A stretch of 19,815 nt of DNA from Ferruginibacter sp. (GTDB taxonomy: Bacteria; Bacteroidota; Bacteroidia; Chitinophagales; Chitinophagaceae). This document shows, one piece after another, positions 8,524-14,363 of this stretch (position 1 is its first letter; the number at the start of each line of letters is the position of its first letter). Location: the NCBI GenBank assembly GCA_043770525.1, contig JAYVID010000149.1:1-19815 (forward strand). Direction: 5' to 3'. Below the pieces are notes generated by a model, which was not told the DNA's origin, did no database searches, and saw nothing but the letters and a program-made list of their open reading frames with translations. The position numbers and the translations under genes are program-made.

Positions 8524-8810
8524 ATACATCATGGGACAGTATTTTGCAATTTAAGGCATTGAGAAATCTTCTAGTTCATAGTGATAATCCGATTGATATT
8601 ACTAAACTAGAAAAATCAAAAAAAGATGGCACCATTAAAAAAATCGGAGAAGAAAGATTAAGTCTTGTTAAAAACATTCAAGATATCTCTGTAAATGAAA
8701 ATAATTGGGTGTCCTTTGAAAACGAAAAACCATTACTTAATTTTATAGGAGTATGCGATGGTTTTATTAGTAATTTAATAACAGAAATAGCAAACAAAAT
8801 ATACGAATGA
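8481..8810 (+). CDS. HEPN-like domain protein carrying an R-x4-H motif (putative RNase toxin/Abi-type), C-terminal portion
   Basis: FKALRNLLVHSD, with R at 8562-8564 and H at 8577-8579, fits the HEPN R-N-x3-H signature and is preceded by the typical W..I..F helix. The TGA stop overlaps the ATG of the carB C-half (ATGA at 8807-8810). Confidence 0.5.
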   Translation: MWAKYSKYCFSESLNTSWDSILQFKALRNLLVHSDNPIDITKLEKSKKDGTIKKIGEERLSLVKNIQDISVNENNWVSFENEKPLLNFIGVCDGFISNLITEIANKIYE

Positions 8811-9988
8811 TACACAACGAATCAATAGTTTCCGCAAAGAAAAAAATAATTGTATTAGGTAGTGGTCCAAATCGTATTGGACAGGGTATAGAATTTGATT
8901 ATTGCTGTGTGCATGGTTTGCTTGCCATAAAAGAGGCAGGTATGGAAGCCATAATGGTAAACTGTAATCCTGAAACGGTGAGTACAGATTTTGACATGGC
9001 AGATAAATTATATTTTGAACCTGTGTATTGGGAGCATATTTGGGAAATAATAGAGCATGAAAAACCTGAGGGTGTTATTGTACAACTCGGTGGACAAACG
9101 GCTTTGAAACTCGCAAAAAAATTAACTGAAAAAGGTGTAAAAATAATTGGTACTTCTTTCGACAGTATGGATATAGCCGAAGACCGTGGGCGCTTTAGCG
9201 ATATTTTAAAAGAATTGGAAATTCCTTATCCAAATTATGGAACGGCATACAATACAGATGAAGCTATTGAAGTAGCAAAAGAAGTTGGTTATCCTGTACT
9301 TCTTCGCCCAAGCTATGTGTTAGGTGGGCAGCGTATGAGAATAGTTTTGAATGATGATGAATTGGAAAGCGGTGTGTTGAGTTTATTAAAACATTTGCCT
9401 GGCAATAAAATTTTGATAGATCATTTCTTAGACCGTTGCCAAGAGGCAGAAATAGATGCCATTTTTGATGGAGAAGATTTTCATGTAATGGGATTGATGG
9501 AGCACATAGAACCAGCAGGCATACACAGTGGTGATAGCAATGCCGTATTACCACAATTTAATCTTACCCCATTGGTGGTAATTGCTATGGAAGAGTATGC
9601 TGAAAAAATTGCAAGAACGCTCAACATAAAAGGCTTAATCAATATTCAATTTGCTATAAAAGATGGCAAAGTGTATGTGATAGAAGCTAACCCAAGAGCT
9701 AGTCGTACCACACCTTTTATTGCAAAAGCTTATGGCATACCCTATTTAAACATAGCTACAAAAGTAATGCTTGGTGTTGCTAAATTGAAAGACTATACTT
9801 TCACCAAAAATCTAACAGGCTTTGCCATAAAAGAACCTGTTTTCTCTTTCAATAAATTCCCTGGGGTAAACAAAGAGCTTGGGCCAGAAATGAAAAGTAC
9901 CGGTGAAGCCATTCGTTTTATAAAAGATTTACGAGACCCTTATTTTAGACAATTGTATAAGGAGCGGAGCATGCATTTGAGTAAGTAA
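8807..9988 (+). CDS. carB: Carbamoyl-phosphate synthase large subunit, C-terminal half (carbamoyl-phosphate synthetic ATP-grasp unit)
   Basis: [37 protein letters not shown]... aligns with E. coli ...[27 protein letters not shown]. Also conserved are [23 protein letters not shown] and [10 protein letters not shown]. The ORF ends 25 aa after [10 protein letters not shown], with no MGS-like allosteric domain. Confidence 0.92.
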   Translation: [393 protein letters not shown]

Positions 9989-10025
9989 AATATTTTTAAG
10001 GTTTGTTATTTTAGCAAACCTTTTT
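9886..10025 (+). repeat. Direct repeat copy 1 (carB 3' end plus terminator)
   Basis: Identical at 132 of 140 positions to 10876..11015 (offset 990 bp), compared base by base. Confidence 0.95.
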
Positions 10026-10028
10026 TTT
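9998..10028 (+). terminator. carB rho-independent terminator
   Basis: Stem AAGGTTTGTTA / TAGCAAACCTT (one G-U pair) with a 3-nt loop, followed by T8 (10021-10028). Confidence 0.85.
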
Positions 10029-10057
10029 GCACTAGCAGCATTTAAAAAATAAATATA

Positions 10058-10074
10058 GTTTTCATTTTGAAAAC
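10058..10074. promoter_or_regulatory. Inverted repeat; candidate HigA operator
   Basis: GTTTTCA-ttt-TGAAAAC: perfect 7-bp arms with a 3-bp spacer, 20 nt upstream of the higB ATG and just upstream of the -7 box. Confidence 0.4.
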
Positions 10075-10081
10075 TTAGTAA

Positions 10082-10089
10082 TATCTTTG
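10082..10089 (+). promoter_or_regulatory. Candidate -7 promoter box (TAnnTTTG) for higBA
   Basis: TATCTTTG matches the consensus and ends 4 nt before the higB ATG, implying a near-leaderless transcript. Confidence 0.35.
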
Positions 10090-10093
10090 CCTA

Positions 10094-10429
10094 ATGAACA
10101 TAATTGTAAAAAGAGCGATGCTTTATTACATAGATAAATACCCTAATGCAAAAATCTCCCTACTGGTTTGGTACAATGAATTTTTGGAGCAAGAATTTAA
10201 AAGTTTTAACGAACTGAAAGATGTTTATGGTAATGCTAGTATAGTCGCTAACAGTAGGGTAATATTTAATATAAAAGACAACGATTACAGGCTTATTGTT
10301 TCTGTAAATTTTAAGCAACTGGCGGCATACATTATTTGGTTTGGTACACACAAGCAGTATGATAAAATAGATACTGAAACAATACAATTTGACACTAAGA
10401 TTTTAAACTTTAAAGTAACAAAACAATGA
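10094..10429 (+). CDS. higB: Type II toxin HigB (E. coli YgjN/HigB-type RelE-fold mRNA interferase)
   Basis: The 111-aa protein aligns along its length with E. coli HigB as I recall it: KYPNAKISLLVWYNEF...FNELKDVY...VIFNIKDNDYRLIVSVNF...IIWFGTHKQYD versus KYPQHKTELVALGNTI...PESLKAVF...YVFNVGGNELRVVAMVFF...IREVMTHKEYD. Confidence 0.85.
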   Translation: MNIIVKRAMLYYIDKYPNAKISLLVWYNEFLEQEFKSFNELKDVYGNASIVANSRVIFNIKDNDYRLIVSVNFKQLAAYIIWFGTHKQYDKIDTETIQFDTKILNFKVTKQ

Positions 10430-10782
10430 CCCATAAAATAATAAAAACAGAAGCAGTTTATCAAAAAACAGTAAAACGTGCCATAGCCATTTTTGAGGCA
10501 AAAGAAGGCACACTTGAAGCTGATGAATTGGCATTATTGTTGGTGCTTGTAAAAGACTATGAAGATAAACACATACATATACCCATATTAAATCCTATAG
10601 ATGCTATAAAATTAAAAATGGAAGAAAATGGCATAAAACCCAAAGACCTTGAAACCGTTATTGGTAGTAAGGGGCATGTTTCTTCAATACTTACTGGACG
10701 TAGGGATATTACGCTTAAGGTTGCCCAACGATTGAAAAGTTATTTTAACCTGCCTGCAGAAATATTTTTACCAACTGTTTAA
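10426..10782 (+). CDS. higA: Type II antitoxin HigA (C-terminal HTH, YgjM-type)
   Basis: 118-aa ORF whose ATG overlaps the higB stop (ATGA). The C-terminal HTH IKPKDLETVIGSKGHVSSILTGRRDITLKVAQRLKSYFNLPAEIFL parallels E. coli HigA LTLSDLPEIGSKSMVSRVLSGKRKLTLEHAKKLATRFGISPALFI. The order is toxin first, as in higBA. Confidence 0.85.
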   Translation: MTHKIIKTEAVYQKTVKRAIAIFEAKEGTLEADELALLLVLVKDYEDKHIHIPILNPIDAIKLKMEENGIKPKDLETVIGSKGHVSSILTGRRDITLKVAQRLKSYFNLPAEIFLPTV

Positions 10783-10875
10783 TGAAATAACAAGTCTCTT
10801 AATTGGGCGAAATTTTTTTTTAGGAGACTTTTATATTAACTCTTAATTTCTATTAGTAAATAAAGCACTTTATCA

Positions 10876-11015
10876 AGAAATGAAAAGTACTGGTGAAGCC
10901 ATTCGTTTTATAAAAGATTTACGTGATCCATATTTTAGACAATTGTATAAAGAGCGGAGTATGCATTTGAGCAAGTAAAATATTTTTAAGGTTTGTTATT
11001 TTAGCAAACTTTTTT
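10876..11015 (+). pseudogene. Direct repeat copy 2: detached carB 3' fragment plus weakened terminator
   Basis: Contains a 33-codon frame (10880..10978) encoding [32 protein letters not shown], identical in protein to the last 32 residues of the carB C-half. The terminator stem carries a C-to-T change (11010) and a shorter T-run. Confidence 0.9.
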
Positions 11016-11039
11016 ATGGTAATTATAGTAGCCACAGTT

Positions 11040-11073
11040 GTGAAAGAAAAGTTTAGGTGAAAGAAAAGTTGAG
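11040..11073. repeat. Tandem direct repeat (14-mer GTGAAAGAAAAGTT twice, 17-bp period)
   Basis: GTGAAAGAAAAGTT at 11040-11053 and at 11057-11070, each followed by a 3-nt xAG. It lies between repeat copy 2 and the aat stop. Confidence 0.8.
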
Positions 11074-11083
11074 TAAATAAATT

Positions 11084-11722
11084 TCAGGAATTTGGATTTA
11101 AAATTTCCATATAGAGCCCTTGGCTTACCATTTCCGCACCCATACTTATCAAGTGTTCTGTCCTCACTTGACAGTCTATAAGGGTATATTTATTTTCTTT
11201 ACATAGCCATATCAATGCCGCTTTAGAAGCGTTGCTTACATTGCTGAACATACTTTCTCCACAAAATATTTTATTTATCTCAAGACCATATAAACCACCC
11301 ACCAATTTATTTTCTTGCCATACTTCTACACTTTTTGCAATACCTAATTTATGTAATTCTATATAAGCATATTGCATTTCGTTGGTTATCCATGTGCCAT
11401 CTTGGTCTTTTCTGTTTGTAGTAGCACAATGTTGTATTACTTCTTCAAAGCAAGTATTGGTTGTAATTTTAAATGCATTTTTTTGTAGTACTTGCTGCAT
11501 GCTTTTGCTTACAAATACTTTGTGAGGAAAAATCACACAACGCTCATGTGGTGCGTACCAGCATATAGGTTCATCATCACTATACCAAGGAAAAATTCCA
11601 CTTTGGTAAGCAAGTTGTAATCTTTCAATGCTTAAATCTCCACCTATTGCTAGCAATCCATCAAGTTCTGCCAGCATAGGATTTGGAAATGTAATATCTG
11701 TTTCATGTAATTGAAAAATCAT
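11084..11722 (-). CDS. aat: Leucyl/phenylalanyl-tRNA--protein transferase
   Basis: 212-aa ORF with characteristic Aat segments GLLAIGGDLS, AYQSGIFPWY, GGLYG and FCGESMF. Confidence 0.9.
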   Translation of the reverse strand: MIFQLHETDITFPNPMLAELDGLLAIGGDLSIERLQLAYQSGIFPWYSDDEPICWYAPHERCVIFPHKVFVSKSMQQVLQKNAFKITTNTCFEEVIQHCATTNRKDQDGTWITNEMQYAYIELHKLGIAKSVEVWQENKLVGGLYGLEINKIFCGESMFSNVSNASKAALIWLCKENKYTLIDCQVRTEHLISMGAEMVSQGLYMEILNPNS

Positions 11723-11732
11723 TTTTTAAATA

Positions 11733-13106
11733 CTATTTACTTATAGACAATTCTTTTTCAGTTACACTCCATGTGCCTAATTGTTCGCCTTTTATTCCAA
11801 TAAAATCTACCTTTAAAATTCTATTATTTTTTGTTCCGCTCACACTTATTTTTCCAAAATTTTGTGCTTCTACCAGTGTGCCTGCAACTCGATATGGATT
11901 ATTTTTTTCGTTACCGCTCGGCTTACTCACACCAGCCGTGTAAGGTGAAATGGTTACATCATAAAAAGGATAAAAATTTTGTTGCTCTACTTTTATTACT
12001 TCACTGTGGTGTCTATCACCTGTAAAAAATACGACACCTTCAATTTTTTGATTACGGATAAAATTTAATAATTCATTGTATTCATAACTATACTTTTGCA
12101 TAGTCTCATATTTGTTAAGTGGGTTTATCACCTGGCTACCTACTACTATTATTTTGAAGGTAGCATCACTAAACAACAATGAATTTTTTATCCATTCCAT
12201 TTGAGCTACTCCAAAAAACTGTTTGCTTGCTGTAGGCTTGCCTTCAATACTATCGGGCATTTTATCATTGCTTCTAAAATAACGATCATCTGTAAGAAAT
12301 AAATCTACATCACTATAATTTACTTTTGTATAAATACCTTTACCATCTTCACCATAGCTTGGGTTTGCACTAAAATTTTTAAACGTTTCTCTTGCATCTT
12401 CTTTCAAAATATAATTTTTACCTGCATCATTAGGCCCATAATCATGATCGTCCCAAATAGCATATTGCGGCATGCTTGCCATAAATTTTTGCAAAACCTT
12501 TTGAGAGCGTGCATGAGAGGCCCTGTAATTTAAACCCCAAGCAGATTCAAAATCCACTTCTCTTGTGTACCAATTATCTCCCATCCAAATATGAAAATCA
12601 GCTGGAGTATTAGCCATAGTTTCAAAAATAGTAGAGTCTCCACCATAAGGCTTTCCAGGTCTATCATAAATTGGCTCATTTATGTATGCACAGCTGCCTG
12701 CAAGAAAATTAAAGTCTGGAGCAGGTTTGCGGTATTGCCATAAATCCTGTGTTTTAAAATTTGTGAGAAAATCTGTTTTTACTTCTTTGTCATCAATTAT
12801 CAAATAAAAATGATACCAAGTATTAAAATCTAATCCATTCAATTCTATTTTTATTGGGTTAAAATCTTTTCCTAATTCCCCCTTAAATTCTTTTGTAATT
12901 ATTTTTGGCACTGTAGTTTTCAAACTGTTATCTATTTCTAAATAACGCACTGCTACTTTTTTTACTGATCTTGCCACTTCTACCCAAATAGTTGCTGTAC
13001 GTAAACCCACATTACCTGCCCAAGGGCCACTAATTAATTTATTTTGCTGTCCATAACTGTTTGCATATAATAGTACACATACTAAAAAAGAAATTATACG
13101 ATTCAT
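11733..13106 (-). CDS. PhoD-like (alkaline phosphatase D family) metallophosphatase, secreted
   Basis: 457-aa ORF with an N-terminal signal peptide and metallophosphoesterase motifs MGDNWY, WDDHDYGPND and GDRHHSE. Confidence 0.85.
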   Translation of the reverse strand: MNRIISFLVCVLLYANSYGQQNKLISGPWAGNVGLRTATIWVEVARSVKKVAVRYLEIDNSLKTTVPKIITKEFKGELGKDFNPIKIELNGLDFNTWYHFYLIIDDKEVKTDFLTNFKTQDLWQYRKPAPDFNFLAGSCAYINEPIYDRPGKPYGGDSTIFETMANTPADFHIWMGDNWYTREVDFESAWGLNYRASHARSQKVLQKFMASMPQYAIWDDHDYGPNDAGKNYILKEDARETFKNFSANPSYGEDGKGIYTKVNYSDVDLFLTDDRYFRSNDKMPDSIEGKPTASKQFFGVAQMEWIKNSLLFSDATFKIIVVGSQVINPLNKYETMQKYSYEYNELLNFIRNQKIEGVVFFTGDRHHSEVIKVEQQNFYPFYDVTISPYTAGVSKPSGNEKNNPYRVAGTLVEAQNFGKISVSGTKNNRILKVDFIGIKGEQLGTWSVTEKELSISK

Positions 13107-13134
13107 AATGTTGGGTTATTAATTTTTTGAAAAA

Positions 13135-13470
13135 TTATTGTAATTTTTCATTGTTTAAATGACGAGTAGCATCTCTTGTAGTTTTCTTTTCAAAGTTTTT
13201 TTGCAATGCCTCTGAAAGATTAACCCCAGTTTGATTTGCAAGACATATTAAAACCCACAACACATCAGCCATTTCATCGCCTAAGTCTTTTCCTTTATCA
13301 CTTTCTTTAAAAGATTGTTCACCATAGGTACGCACCATCAATCTTGAGAGTTCACCTACTTCTTCCATTAAAATACCAAGGTTGGTAAGTTCACTAAAAT
13401 ATTTTACGCCAATGGTTTTTATCCATTCATCTACTTTTTGTTGGGCTTCATTTATGGTAATATCATTCAT
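13135..13470 (-). CDS. MazG-like nucleotide pyrophosphohydrolase (small single-domain type)
   Basis: 111-aa ORF with an EExGE-type motif (LMEEVGELSR) and a second acidic helix (LGDEMADVLW). Its start overlaps the dtd stop by 1 nt. Confidence 0.8.
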   Translation of the reverse strand: MNDITINEAQQKVDEWIKTIGVKYFSELTNLGILMEEVGELSRLMVRTYGEQSFKESDKGKDLGDEMADVLWVLICLANQTGVNLSEALQKNFEKKTTRDATRHLNNEKLQ

Positions 13471-13922
13471 TATTCTTTATTTTTTGTATCTATAATAATT
13501 GTAAGTGGCCCATCATTTATTAAACCCACTTTCATATCTGCCCCAAAAATACCTGTACCTATTTTCTTTCCTAAATCTTTTTCTAATTGCAAAATAAATT
13601 GTTCGTACAAAGGTATTGCCACATCTGGCTTTGCTGCTTTTATGTACGACGGCCTATTGCCTTTTTTAGTAGATGCTTGTAAAGTGAATTGACTAACCAA
13701 TAATACTTCTCCTTCTATATCTTTTACTGATAAATTAGGAACATGTTCTACATCATCAAAAATTCTAAGATTCACAATTTTATTGCTTAACCATTCAATA
13801 TCTTCATTGCTATCTGCGTCTTCTATACCTACAAAAACAAGTAGCCCTATACCAATTTCTGAAACAATTTTTTTATCAACTGTTACAGATGCAGACGAAA
13901 CTCTTTGTAGGATAGCTTTCAT
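13470..13922 (-). CDS. dtd: D-aminoacyl-tRNA deacylase
   Basis: 150-aa ORF: MKAILQRV..., SQFTL, KGNRPS, and a GADM...NDGP(L/V)T C-terminal signature. Confidence 0.92.
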   Translation of the reverse strand: MKAILQRVSSASVTVDKKIVSEIGIGLLVFVGIEDADSNEDIEWLSNKIVNLRIFDDVEHVPNLSVKDIEGEVLLVSQFTLQASTKKGNRPSYIKAAKPDVAIPLYEQFILQLEKDLGKKIGTGIFGADMKVGLINDGPLTIIIDTKNKE

Positions 13923-13924
13923 AA

Positions 13925-14353
13925 TTAGAATTTAGTAGTATATCCAAAATATTTGAATGTTAAATAAATTGAAATAGTAATTACTGTTGCAATTAAAGAA
14001 GCAACCATGCCTTTTCTAAAAAATTTATAACTCAAAACAAAACGAACTGAATCTGACAAGTAAACTGCTTCCTTTTGAATTTTGAAAGATTTAAATTGAT
14101 AATAAACACCAATTAAAATTACAATACTTTGAAACAAATAAGCAATTGGGATAATTTTGTATTTTAAGATAAAATCAGACTGTATATATGCGCCAGTTTG
14201 TCTATAAAAAAATTCAATAGTTTGTCTATAAAATGAAAATAAGATCCAAACTAGATAAACACTTATACAAACTCTAAATAATTTGAAAGTACTATTTATT
14301 TCCTTAGTACATTCTTCATCTAAAACAATTTCTTTTTTTAATTTATCTTCCAT
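13925..14353 (-). CDS. Hypothetical integral membrane protein
   Basis: The ORF has about four hydrophobic helices. The ATG at 14353 (MEDKLKK...) is preferred; the ORF-track start at 14377 is a TTG that would overlap the upstream gene by 14 nt. Confidence 0.55.
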   Translation of the reverse strand: MEDKLKKEIVLDEECTKEINSTFKLFRVCISVYLVWILFSFYRQTIEFFYRQTGAYIQSDFILKYKIIPIAYLFQSIVILIGVYYQFKSFKIQKEAVYLSDSVRFVLSYKFFRKGMVASLIATVITISIYLTFKYFGYTTKF

Positions 14354-14363
14354 AACGTGATTT

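Larger units (their letters stand above)
7764..8806 (+). mobile_element. Inserted three-ORF cassette splitting carB (no recombinase or terminal repeats seen)
   Basis: 1,043 bp between the stop of the carB N-half and the start of the C-half. It is much more AT-rich than flanking carB: spot counts are 10/60 and 16/60 G+C in lines 8161 and 8641, versus 28/60 and 25/60 in carB lines 6601 and 9061. All ORFs are on the carB strand. Confidence 0.5.
10026..10875 (+). mobile_element. higBA cassette bracketed by the duplicated carB 3' end
   Basis: About 850 bp lie between the two 140-bp repeat copies, containing only higB, higA and their control region. The segment is AT-rich (14/60 G+C in line 10261). 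No recombinase is present. Confidence 0.55.

Noticed and set aside
7764-8806. An intein, group I/II intron or IS element as the explanation for the carB interruption.
   Set aside because: The N-half ends in a stop codon and the insert is not in frame, so it is not an intein. There is no reverse transcriptase, LAGLIDADG or HNH ORF and no GUGYG-like 5' end, so it is not a recognisable intron. There is no transposase and no terminal inverted repeats.
7749-8830. A 7-bp direct repeat AATAGTT (7749-7755 and 8824-8830) near the two edges of the mid-carB cassette, considered as a possible target-site duplication.
   Set aside because: The two copies are in different codon phases relative to carB and are not exactly at the junctions. 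A 7-mer match in about 20 kb of AT-rich DNA is expected by chance.
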